This document shows positions 1 through 7,594 of a stretch of 14,394 bases of DNA, in pieces. A program made the position numbers and the translations under genes. The notes beneath the pieces are model-generated. The model searched no databases. It worked only from the letters and a program-made list of their open reading frames with translations, and was not told where the DNA came from. This stretch comes from Elusimicrobiota bacterium (GTDB lineage Bacteria; Elusimicrobiota; Elusimicrobia; UBA1565). The stretch spans positions 1-14,394 of the forward strand of contig JBDRPD010000051.1 in assembly GCA_043827405.1 (NCBI GenBank), given 5' to 3'. Position 1 is the stretch's first letter. Each line of letters starts with the position of its first letter.

Positions 1-2
1 CC

Positions 3-1295
3 TTCGCGGCGGCGGCCGGGCCGGCCGCTTGGCGGCGCTGCGCCGCCGGCGCGGCCGTCGGCGCGGCCGCGGGCGCGCTCGGGCTCTACGCCAACCGCCT
101 GCTGTTTATCGCCGACGCGCTGCGCGCCATCGGGCGCCCCGCCGCGGGCGGACTGCTGCTTTACGCGACGCCCCTGCTGCTCGCCGGCGCGACCGCCGTT
201 CTCGTCCTGCTCGCGTTCCGGCTGCGGGACCACGGCGCGGCGCTGCGCATCGGGGCGGCCTGCCTCCTGTTCAGCGCCGGCGCGACGACGGCGGAGCTGA
301 GCGAAAGCTATCTGCGCGCGCAATGGGACTTCGGACAGCCCAGCCTCGCGGCGGCGGCCGGAATCCCGCCGGGCGCCGACGCGCGCACGGCCGGCATCAT
401 GATCCTGGCGGACCAGGAAGGCCGGCCCGGCAGCCGCTACCGCGAGGTGGTGCTGGCGGCCGGCGGCGTGGACGTCTCGACGCGGAGCCTGACGGCTCTG
501 CGCGGCTACCTGGCGGACACCCGCTACCGGACCGTGCATCTGCGCGCCGCGCTGACCGCGCTGCGCGCCGGCGCCGCGCTCAACTGGGACGCCGAGCTGC
601 TGCTGGATGCGGCCATGATTCGAATTGAGCCGGGCTTCCCGCCCGACACGTTGGGCTTCCTCGAGGCGGTCGGTGTGGCGCCCGCCACAACGGAAAACTA
701 CGGACGCCTGGAACAGATGGGCCGCTATGCCTGGCATGACCGCATCCCCGACATCAAATCGGCGCAGAAGACTTTTGTCGGCTTTTCAACGGCCTACGCG
801 CGTTTCGGCGAGCTTGAGACTTCCAACCTGTGGCTCGACCGCATCCGCGGCCTATGGCCGCTGTACGAGGACGATATCCACGTCGAACCGCTGCAGACCA
901 ACCATGACGGCCGCATCGCGGGGACTCTGCGCCGCGGCGCCGCGCCGGCGCGCGATATCCGGGTCGGCTTGTTCGCCGCCCCTTCGACCACGACGGTGCT
1001 CGACGCCGCGCGCTATCTGGTCGCCTCCGTTCGGCCCGGCGAGGATGGGCGCTTCGAGTTTCTGCGCCTGCTTCCCGGCCGCTACTATCTGGCGCTGCGG
1101 GGTGATGCGGAAGTTCTCGGCGGCCGCGACCTTATGGTGCACGGCGCGAACGGCATGATACAGCTGACCGCGCTGGAAATGGATAAAGAGCTGAGCCCCA
1201 TCATGCTCGATCGCCGACGCCCCGCGGTGGTAGACGGCCTGCCGGTCGATCCGGCGGCGCTGCCCGGCATGGCGCCGCAATCCGGTGAAGAGTAG
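3..1295 (+). CDS. Membrane-anchored hypothetical protein with C-terminal carboxypeptidase-regulatory-like (transthyretin-type beta-sandwich) domain; 5'-truncated by the window edge
   Basis: The frame of ORF 399..1295 stays open back to position 3 (FAAAAGPAAWRRCAAGAAVGAAAGALGLYANRLLFIADAL...GGLLLYATPLLLAGATAVLVLLAFRL...ALRIGAACLLFSAG), giving about 3 hydrophobic segments. The C-terminal GRIAGTL...IRVGLF...VRPGEDGRFEFLRLLPGRYYLAL matches the 'T..dG.F.f..l.pG.Y.l' pattern of that fold. Stop TAG at 1293-1295. Confidence 0.7.
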   Translation, partial: FAAAAGPAAWRRCAAGAAVGAAAGALGLYANRLLFIADALRAIGRPAAGGLLLYATPLLLAGATAVLVLLAFRLRDHGAALRIGAACLLFSAGATTAELSESYLRAQWDFGQPSLAAAAGIPPGADARTAGIMILADQEGRPGSRYREVVLAAGGVDVSTRSLTALRGYLADTRYRTVHLRAALTALRAGAALNWDAELLLDAAMIRIEPGFPPDTLGFLEAVGVAPATTENYGRLEQMGRYAWHDRIPDIKSAQKTFVGFSTAYARFGELETSNLWLDRIRGLWPLYEDDIHVEPLQTNHDGRIAGTLRRGAAPARDIRVGLFAAPSTTTVLDAARYLVASVRPGEDGRFEFLRLLPGRYYLALRGDAEVLGGRDLMVHGANGMIQLTALEMDKELSPIMLDRRRPAVVDGLPVDPAALPGMAPQSGEE

Positions 1296-1329
1296 GACGC
1301 CCGCCCGCGGCGCCGGTCGGCAAAATAAT

Positions 1330-1358
1330 GTTTTAAAGCGTTAAAACTTTGCTAAAAT
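1330..1358 (+). promoter_or_regulatory. Putative sigma70 extended -10 promoter (TGcTAAAAT, 1350-1358) with palindrome GTTTTAA-agcg-TTAAAAC (1330-1347) over the -35 position
   Basis: AT-rich island (1321-1380) in GC-rich DNA, upstream of the response regulator. TGnTAAAAT matches the extended -10 consensus (TG plus 5/6). The 7-bp inverted repeat is perfect. Confidence 0.55.
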
Positions 1359-1391
1359 TCAAAAGATAATTTTTTCCTGTGTGCGCTAAAT

Positions 1392-1398
1392 GAGGAGG
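1392..1398 (+). promoter_or_regulatory. Shine-Dalgarno GAGGAGG of the response regulator
   Basis: GAGGAGG lies 7 nt upstream of ATG 1406. Confidence 0.85.
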
Positions 1399-1405
1399 CG
1401 GCTAA

Positions 1406-2086
1406 ATGGCAGCGAAAGCTTCTAAGCTCAAGAAGATCAATGTCCTTATCGCGGACGATCAGACCTTGTTCCGGGAGGGCATTAAGGATTTGCTCGACGC
1501 TGAGAAAGTGATCAACGTTATCGGCGAAGCCGTGGACGGCAACGAGGCGGTCCGGCTGGCGAAAAAGCTCAAGCCCGACGTCATCCTTATGGACATCAAG
1601 CTGCCGGGGCTCGACGGTATTTCCGCGACCCGGGAGATCCGCGCGACCCTGCCCGGCGTGAACATCCTGATTCTTTCTTCCTACGAGGACGAGGCGCATG
1701 TCCTCGAGGCGATCCAGGCCGGGGCCAACGGCTATCTTTCCAAGATGCTTCCGGCCTCCGAGCTCATTATGGCGCTCAAAACCTTCGCGTCCGAAGGCAT
1801 CATGATCCCGCAGAACGTCATGGGCAAGCTCCTCGAGGGGCTGCGCTCCAAGGGCAGTTCGTCGGAGGCCTCGCTGACGGCGCTGACCAAGACGGAAATT
1901 CGCGTTCTCTCGCATCTCGGCAAGGGCATGGCCAACAAAGAGATCGCGGCGCATGTGGGCTGCAGCGTCAAGACGGTCAAAAACCATCTCAACAGCATCT
2001 TCCAGAAGCTGAGCGTCAGCAACCGAACCGAAGCGGTCGTCAAAGGCATCGAGCTCGGCTTCATTTCACCGGAAGAAGCGGCCTAA
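1406..2086 (+). CDS. NarL/FixJ-family two-component response regulator (REC + LuxR-type HTH)
   Basis: REC motifs VLIADDQ, phosphoacceptor ILMDIKLPGLDG, ILSS, GANGYLSK. LuxR HTH: LTKTEIRVL..LGKGMANKEIA....SVKTVKNHLNSIFQKLSVSNRTEAV. Strong SD. Confidence 0.95.
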   Translation: MAAKASKLKKINVLIADDQTLFREGIKDLLDAEKVINVIGEAVDGNEAVRLAKKLKPDVILMDIKLPGLDGISATREIRATLPGVNILILSSYEDEAHVLEAIQAGANGYLSKMLPASELIMALKTFASEGIMIPQNVMGKLLEGLRSKGSSSEASLTALTKTEIRVLSHLGKGMANKEIAAHVGCSVKTVKNHLNSIFQKLSVSNRTEAVVKGIELGFISPEEAA

Positions 2087-2103
2087 GACCGGAACGGCCG
2101 GCA

Positions 2104-2475
2104 GTGAGGACCGTCGGGCGGTTCCGCCGCCTCATCGCGGGCGAAGATTTCGCGGTATTAGGCCGGGAAGTCGGCCGTTGCGGCCTGGAGCGTCTGGCGG
2201 ACGCTTGGCGCGAGTTCCGGCCCATCGAGAAGCTCATTCTCTTCAAGCTTATGGAGCCCAAGCGGGCATTCGCCTTTTACGCCCGGCTGGACTTCGACGG
2301 CAAGTATTTCCTGCTCTGCGCGTTCGACCGCAACACCATCGCTCCCGTACTCGATAAGGCTTCACGCCCGGTCCGCGCGCTGTTTAAAACGCTGCCGGCG
2401 TCCTACTACGACCGCATGCTGCGCCTGCTGGCCAGCGAGCAGGTTGAAATTCAGCTGACGGTGCGGGACAATTGA
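2104..2475 (+). CDS. Small protein resembling the MgtE N-terminal cytosolic domain, stand-alone (no CBS or TM domains)
   Basis: Fills the gap between the regulator and recO, and its TGA overlaps the recO TTG. The hydrophobic pattern (LIAGEDFAVL..LADAW..FRPIEKLILFKLM..AFAFYARLD...FLL....IAPVLDKAS...RALFKTLPA....MLRLL) aligns by eye with MgtE_N helical repeats. The GTG start is uncertain. Confidence 0.6.
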   Translation: MRTVGRFRRLIAGEDFAVLGREVGRCGLERLADAWREFRPIEKLILFKLMEPKRAFAFYARLDFDGKYFLLCAFDRNTIAPVLDKASRPVRALFKTLPASYYDRMLRLLASEQVEIQLTVRDN

Positions 2476-3158
2476 GGGGCCGGATCTTCAATACCCCGGC
2501 GCTGGTCCTGGCGCGTCAGCAGTACGGCGAGGCCGACCGCATCTCGGTGCTCTATACCCGCGAGTTCGGCAAGCTGCGCATCCGCTTTATCGGCGTCGAC
2601 CGTCCCAAAGGGAAGCTCAAGGCCCTGTCCGAGCCGATGACGCATGCCGAGTACCGGCTCTATCTGCGCGGCGGCGCCGACTTTGGAATCGCGGCCGGCG
2701 GCAGCCTGGCGACGATCTACCCGGCGCTGCGCGCGGACCTCGCGGCGACGCTGCGCGGGCTTCAGGTCGTCGAGCTGCTGGATGCGCTGACCCCCTTTTC
2801 CAGCCCCAACCCCGAGAAGTACGAGCTGGCGACGCGGGCGCTGGCCGAGCTCGAGAAGCTCGCGCGGACAACGGACCGGCGCGGTTCCGCCGACTGGGTG
2901 GTCGGCGCCTGCGCGCTGCGCCTGCTCGAATCAGCGGGCTTCGGCCTGCGCGAGCGCCAGGTTTCCACCGAGAACCGCGGGCTGTGGGACGCGCTGCACC
3001 GCGAGGATCTCGCAACAGTCGCCGCATTGCCCGCGGACCCGGCGCTCCAGCGGCGGCTTATTCGTCTGATAAGCCGCATGGTAGAGCAAGTGGCCGAACG
3101 TCCCCTTAACAGCGCCTCGATCCAGGACGCCCTGATCGGCGCCGGAGCACCCGCATGA
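2472..3158 (+). CDS. recO: DNA repair protein RecO
   Basis: N-terminal OB-fold signature [27 protein letters not shown]....GVDRPKGKL...EP; helical domain ..[13 protein letters not shown]-terminal RPLNS; usual position directly upstream of glyQS. Confidence 0.92.
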   Translation: MRGRIFNTPALVLARQQYGEADRISVLYTREFGKLRIRFIGVDRPKGKLKALSEPMTHAEYRLYLRGGADFGIAAGGSLATIYPALRADLAATLRGLQVVELLDALTPFSSPNPEKYELATRALAELEKLARTTDRRGSADWVVGACALRLLESAGFGLRERQVSTENRGLWDALHREDLATVAALPADPALQRRLIRLISRMVEQVAERPLNSASIQDALIGAGAPA

Positions 3159-4027
3159 GCGCGAACAAGACGCTGCAGGAGATCATCCTGTCATTGGAAA
3201 ATTTTTGGGCCAAGGAGGGCTGCCTGCTGACGCAGCCTTACGACCTGGAGAAGGGCGCGGGGACTTTCAACCCCGCGACTTTCTTCGGCGCGCTCACCAA
3301 GCAGCCGACGCGGGCGGCTTACGTCGAGCCCAGCCGCCGTCCCGCCGACGGCCGCTACGGAGAAAACCCGAACCGGCTCGGCAAATACTTTCAGTACCAG
3401 GTCATTCTCAAGCCCGCGCCCGGCGATGTGCAGCAGGTCTATCTGCGCTCGCTTAAGGCCATCGGCCTCGACCCCAAGCGTCACGACGTGCGCTGGATCG
3501 AGGACGACTGGGAATCTCCCACCTTGGGCGCGGCCGGCGTCGGCTGGGAGGTCTGGCTCGACGGCATGGAAGTCACGCAGTTCACCTATTTCCAGCAGAT
3601 GGGCGGCATAGCGCTGGACCCGATATCGGTCGAGATCACCTACGGCCTGGAGCGCCTCGCCATGTACGCGCAGAAGAAGCGCCGCATCATGGACCTCCAG
3701 TACGATGACCGCCTCACCTACGGCGATCTCTTTCAGGAGCAGGAGCGGCAGTTTTCGCGCTACCATTTCGAAGAGTCCGACCCGCAAATGCTGTCGCGCC
3801 ATTTTGACGACCATGAAAAGGAGGGCTACGCGCTGGTCGGAAAGGGGCTGGTCCTGCCCGCCTACGACTCGGTCCTCAAATGCTCGCACCTCTTCAACCT
3901 GCTGGAGGCGCGCGGCGCCATCTCGGTCACCGAGCGCGCCCAGTACATCGCGCGCGTGCGCGGGCTGGCCAAGAAAGTCATGCGGGGCTACATCGAGATG
4001 AAGGAACCGCAGGAGGCCGCGGCATGA
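3155..4027 (+). CDS. glyQ: Glycine--tRNA ligase alpha subunit
   Basis: Motifs [104 protein letters not shown] overlap with recO; GGAG at 3144-3147. Confidence 0.98.
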   Translation: MSANKTLQEIILSLENFWAKEGCLLTQPYDLEKGAGTFNPATFFGALTKQPTRAAYVEPSRRPADGRYGENPNRLGKYFQYQVILKPAPGDVQQVYLRSLKAIGLDPKRHDVRWIEDDWESPTLGAAGVGWEVWLDGMEVTQFTYFQQMGGIALDPISVEITYGLERLAMYAQKKRRIMDLQYDDRLTYGDLFQEQERQFSRYHFEESDPQMLSRHFDDHEKEGYALVGKGLVLPAYDSVLKCSHLFNLLEARGAISVTERAQYIARVRGLAKKVMRGYIEMKEPQEAAA

Positions 4028-6132
4028 AAGATGCGCTGCTGGAGATCGGCCTTGAAACCCTGCCGGCGCGCTTTCTCGCCGGGGCGCTCGCCGACCTGCA
4101 CACGCTCACCCAGGCGCGCCTTGAAGCGAACCGCATGCAGTTCAAGGAGATCGAAGTGTTCGGGTCGCCGCTGCGGCTGGCCGTTATTATCCGCGGCCTG
4201 CCGGAGAAAACCGAGCCGCTCGCCGAGACTTTCTCCGGCCCGCCCGCCCGCCTGCTGAAAGACGGCCAGGGAGCCTATACGAAGCAGGCGGAAGGCTTCG
4301 CCCGCAAGTACGGCATGGCCGTCGAGGACTTAACGACCGTCGAGACGCCCAAAGGGCCGTTTCTCGCCGCGATCAAGACCAGGCCGGGGCGCAGCGCCGT
4401 CAGCGCCTTGGCGGAAATTTTCCCGGACATCATCCGGTCGCTGGAATTCCCCAAGACCATGGTGTGGGAGGAGACGCGTCTGCGCTTCGCGCGTCCGATC
4501 CGCACCCTCACGGCCCTCTACGGCAAGCGCGCGGTGCCGTTCAAGCTGGCCGGCGTAAAATCCGGCAATAAGGTGCGCGGCCTCGCCGCCAGCGGCGCCA
4601 AGCCGGTAGCGATCAGCGAGCCCGGCCGCTACCTGCACCTCCTGCGCGACAAGTGCGTGATCGTCGATCCCGTTGAGCGCCGCGAAAAACTGCTCAATAG
4701 CCTGCGCCAGGCGGCCAAGCGCTCGGCCGGAGAGATCGACGAGGATGCCGACGCCGAGCTGATCGAGCATACGGTGGGGCTGACCGAGCATCCCGCGGCG
4801 GTGCTGGGACATTTTTCCGCGCAGTATCTGGAGCTGCCCCGCGCCCTGCTGCTGATGGTGCTCAAAAAGCAGCTCTTGTTCTTTCCCGTCATAAAGTCCG
4901 ACGGCGAGCTGGCGGCCGATTTTATCGGGGTGCGCGACGGGCTCTCCGAGAGCCATAAGGAAGTCCAGCGGGGCTACGAATGGGTGCTCGAGGCGCGGCT
5001 GAGCGACGCACGCTTCTTCATCCAGCGCGACCGCGAAACGAAGCTGGAGGAGAAGTTCCCGCGCTTGCAGAAGGTCGGCTTCCAGAAAGGGCTTGGCAGC
5101 ATGAGCGACAAGACCGCCCGCGTCGTCGGCATTACGCAGTGGCTGGGCGAGCAGGTCCTGCAGCACCGGCCGCTCGACGGCGGGATAGTGATAAAGATCG
5201 CCGGGCTCGCCTACGCCGACCTGGTGACCGGCGTCGTCGGGGAATTCCCCGAGCTGCAGGGAACCATGGGCGGCGTTTACGCCCGCGGCGAGGGCCTCGA
5301 CGAGAAGATCGCCCTGGGCCTCGAGGAGTTCTACTTCCCGGTCACCGCCAAGTCCCCCCTGCCGACCACGCTCGAGGGCGGCCTGGCCTCCCTCGCCGGC
5401 AAGATCGACACCATCGCGGCGATGTTCTCCGCCGGCTTTAAGCCCAGCGGCAGCGAGGACCCCTTCGCCCTGCGCCGCCTGGGCAACGGCGTGATCCGCA
5501 TCGTGCTCGAGCGTCAGCTGCCCATACGTCTGCCGGAGCTGGTCGACACCGCTCTCGAGCTCGCCGCATGCTTCCCCGCCGGGCGCGAGTTCGACCGCAA
5601 GCAGGCGAAGATCGAGGTCGAGGAGTTCCTGTGGCAGCGGCTGGAAAACCTGCTGCTGGAGAAGGGCTTCCGGGTCGACGAGATCCGCGCCGTGCGCGAC
5701 GGCGGTCTCGACAACCTGGCCGCGACGTTCCTGCGCATCGCCGCGGTCCATCAGCTGCGGCCCGAGCCCGACTTCCTCGCGCTGGCGCAGGCGTTCAAGC
5801 GCGCCGACAATATTCTCAAGAAGTCCGCACCGGACCCCGCCGACGGCGCCGCCGCCGAGGTAGACAAGGCGCTGTTTCGCGACGCCGCCGAGAACGCCCT
5901 CTTCGACGCGCTGTGCCGCGTCGAGGGAGATGTCGGCCTCAATATCGCGGACGGCATGTACGCCGACGGCCTGCGCGCGCTCGTCGGGCTCAAGCCTCAG
6001 GTCGACCGATTCTTCGACCAGGTGATGGTCATGGCCGAGGATGCGGCGGTCAGGGACAACCGCCTGAACCTGCTGTCGCGCCTGGTCCGCCTGTTCAAGC
6101 GCGTGGCGGACATCTCCCATATTCAGAACTAG
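4024..6132 (+). CDS. glyS: Glycine--tRNA ligase beta subunit (702 aa; start ATG 4024, not 3880)
   Basis: [16 protein letters not shown]-terminus, FPKTMVW...[52 protein letters not shown]-type C-terminus [30 protein letters not shown] at 4011-4016 and ATGA overlap with the glyQ stop. Confidence 0.97.
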   Translation: MKDALLEIGLETLPARFLAGALADLHTLTQARLEANRMQFKEIEVFGSPLRLAVIIRGLPEKTEPLAETFSGPPARLLKDGQGAYTKQAEGFARKYGMAVEDLTTVETPKGPFLAAIKTRPGRSAVSALAEIFPDIIRSLEFPKTMVWEETRLRFARPIRTLTALYGKRAVPFKLAGVKSGNKVRGLAASGAKPVAISEPGRYLHLLRDKCVIVDPVERREKLLNSLRQAAKRSAGEIDEDADAELIEHTVGLTEHPAAVLGHFSAQYLELPRALLLMVLKKQLLFFPVIKSDGELAADFIGVRDGLSESHKEVQRGYEWVLEARLSDARFFIQRDRETKLEEKFPRLQKVGFQKGLGSMSDKTARVVGITQWLGEQVLQHRPLDGGIVIKIAGLAYADLVTGVVGEFPELQGTMGGVYARGEGLDEKIALGLEEFYFPVTAKSPLPTTLEGGLASLAGKIDTIAAMFSAGFKPSGSEDPFALRRLGNGVIRIVLERQLPIRLPELVDTALELAACFPAGREFDRKQAKIEVEEFLWQRLENLLLEKGFRVDEIRAVRDGGLDNLAATFLRIAAVHQLRPEPDFLALAQAFKRADNILKKSAPDPADGAAAEVDKALFRDAAENALFDALCRVEGDVGLNIADGMYADGLRALVGLKPQVDRFFDQVMVMAEDAAVRDNRLNLLSRLVRLFKRVADISHIQN

Positions 6133-6136
6133 GCTT

Positions 6137-6151
6137 GCGCGCTTCGCGCGC
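6137..6151. repeat. Short perfect hairpin GCGCGC-ttc-GCGCGC
   Basis: 6-bp GC stem with a 3-nt loop, just after the glyS stop. Confidence 0.8.
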
Positions 6152-6152
6152 T

Positions 6153-6182
6153 GCTTGCAGATTCGCAAGCGAATCTGCAAGC
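6153..6182. terminator. Perfect 14-bp inverted repeat GCTTGCAGATTCGC-aa-GCGAATCTGCAAGC between convergent genes; possible non-canonical bidirectional terminator or REP-like element
   Basis: The arms 6153-6166 and 6169-6182 are exact reverse complements. It lies between convergent stops. No U-tract follows on either strand, so terminator function is uncertain. Confidence 0.5.
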
Positions 6183-6223
6183 TTAAAAAGTCTCGCACTC
6201 TAACCGCGAACAAACAAGCTAAG

Positions 6224-7594
6224 TTATCTTGGCTTCAGCGCCCGCAGCTCGGACAGGATCGCGTAGCGCGTTGTCGGCGTCGGCTGGGCCGACAATCCCT
6301 TCTTTAAGAACTCTTCGGCGCGGGACTTGTCGTCTTCCTTGAGCAGGCAGCGTCCCATGCCCAGATAGGCGTCGCCCACATAATCGGCGCTGATGCCGCG
6401 CGGGATGGCGAGGCGCAGCGACTCGATATAGGCGGCCTTGGCCTGGGCGCAGTCTTCCCGGTAGTAATGGATGTCGCCCATGCGCTCGTAGTAAAGCGCA
6501 TGGCGGTGATCGTCTTGCGCGAGCAAACCGCGGCCCCGCTCCAGCTGCTCCTGCGCCTCGTCGTAGAGCCGCAGCAGGATAAAATCGCCGGCATTCGAGA
6601 AATACCCTTGAGCCGTATTCGAGCTCCGCTTGACCGCGGCCTTGGGGCTGAAGGAAGAACGCGGCGCTTCCTCCTCGCCGCCCGCTCCCCATTGATGGCC
6701 GATGCTGATGCGGTGCGCGTCGCCCAGCTCGCCGAAGGGCACGAAGGCGTAGTCGAACAGGAAGTCCCGCAGCCGGGTGCCGAAGCCGATGCTGATGCCA
6801 GGACCGGCGTCGTTGCGGGTGCCGAAGCCGATGCGCCCGGCGAGGCTGCGGTGAATGCGGCATTCCAAACCGAAAGCGAACAGCACGTCGTCCGTGCGCG
6901 ACTTCGTTAGATCAAGCGCCGCGCTGTGCCGCCTTCCCAGCAGCTCGAAGCTGTAGGCGCCGCCGAGGCGCATATTGAGCGGCAGGCTCTCGGAGGCCTC
7001 ATTAAAGGTCACCGTCGGCCCGATATTCTGCAGCGCCAGGCCCAAAGTCAGACCCGATAAGCCGGGCGCCTCGTACCAGCCGCCGAAGTCGAAGGCATAG
7101 CCCGTCACCGCCGCCCCGTCTATGGTCTCGCGCAGCAGCTTGAAGGCGATGCCGGCCGCCAGGTCATCGCGCAACCGATGGCCATAGCCGCCGCCCAGCG
7201 CCAAATCCGAGAAGCTCGCCTGGCCCAGACCCGTGCCGTTGGGATTCGCTACCGTGGTGCGCTCAATGTCGCCGGCGCGCAGCATATTCAGGTTCAGGCC
7301 CCAGCCCCGCGGCGAAGCGAAGCTCACGTACTCCTGCGACAGGCCCTGAAAGAGCATGCTGTGCATGAAGGTCGTCTCGCTGCGCCGCACCCGCGCCAAG
7401 GCGCCCGGATTATAATGCAGGGCATTGGCGTCGTTGGCCAGCGCCGTATAGGCGCCGCTTAATCCCACGGCGCGCGCGCCGGCGTCCAGGAAGAGGAACT
7501 CAAAAGGTTCTCCCCCGGCCGAGCCGGCGGCCCGGGCTCCCCCCGCATTCGCGAGGAGGACCAGGACCAGCGCCATGGTCTTTAGCGTTCTCAT
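6224..7594 (-). CDS. PorV/PorQ (UPF0164, FadL-like) outer-membrane beta-barrel with signal peptide and C-terminal TPR domain (456 aa)
   Basis: Signal peptide MRTLKTMALVLVLLANAGGARA. Family signature FEFL.LDAGARAVGLSGAYTALANDANALHYNPGAL, then LGLALQNIG, LPLNMRLGGAY, FDYAFVPFGELGDAHRISIG. About 3 TPR-like helix pairs follow (ALYYERMGDIHYYRED..QAKAAY..SL; DAYLGMGRCLL..DD..RAEEFLKKGL). ATG 7594 overlaps the TGA of the giant gene. Confidence 0.88.
   Translation of the reverse strand: MRTLKTMALVLVLLANAGGARAAGSAGGEPFEFLFLDAGARAVGLSGAYTALANDANALHYNPGALARVRRSETTFMHSMLFQGLSQEYVSFASPRGWGLNLNMLRAGDIERTTVANPNGTGLGQASFSDLALGGGYGHRLRDDLAAGIAFKLLRETIDGAAVTGYAFDFGGWYEAPGLSGLTLGLALQNIGPTVTFNEASESLPLNMRLGGAYSFELLGRRHSAALDLTKSRTDDVLFAFGLECRIHRSLAGRIGFGTRNDAGPGISIGFGTRLRDFLFDYAFVPFGELGDAHRISIGHQWGAGGEEEAPRSSFSPKAAVKRSSNTAQGYFSNAGDFILLRLYDEAQEQLERGRGLLAQDDHRHALYYERMGDIHYYREDCAQAKAAYIESLRLAIPRGISADYVGDAYLGMGRCLLKEDDKSRAEEFLKKGLSAQPTPTTRYAILSELRALKPR

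Noticed and set aside
29..628. Arg-rich 199-aa ORF and similar Arg/Pro-rich alternative-frame ORFs throughout
   Set aside because: Typical off-frame translations of high-GC coding DNA.
1390..1425. Short ORF MRRRLNGSESF overlapping the regulator SD and start
   Set aside because: It has no SD of its own and arises from the GCTAAATG duplication; no evidence for a leader peptide.
1352..1987. 211-aa antisense ORF opposite the response regulator
   Set aside because: Common antisense shadow of REC-domain genes; the plus-strand gene has all the motifs and an SD.
3370..3545. GlyQ deviations from the common consensus ([18 protein letters not shown])
   Set aside because: Core class II motifs are intact; likely ordinary lineage variation, and altered specificity cannot be supported from sequence alone.
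3880..4023. 48-aa N-terminal extension of glyS in the ORF track
   Set aside because: It overlaps glyQ; the start at 4024 has AGGAGG, an ATGA overlap and the family N-terminus.
4330..6213. 627-aa antisense ORF opposite glyS
   Set aside because: Shadow ORF from GC-rich codon bias; no recognisable motifs; almost entirely overlaps a confident gene.
6133..6223. tRNA or known ncRNA in the intergenic spacer
   Set aside because: No cloverleaf or T-loop/D-loop consensus; only simple hairpins.
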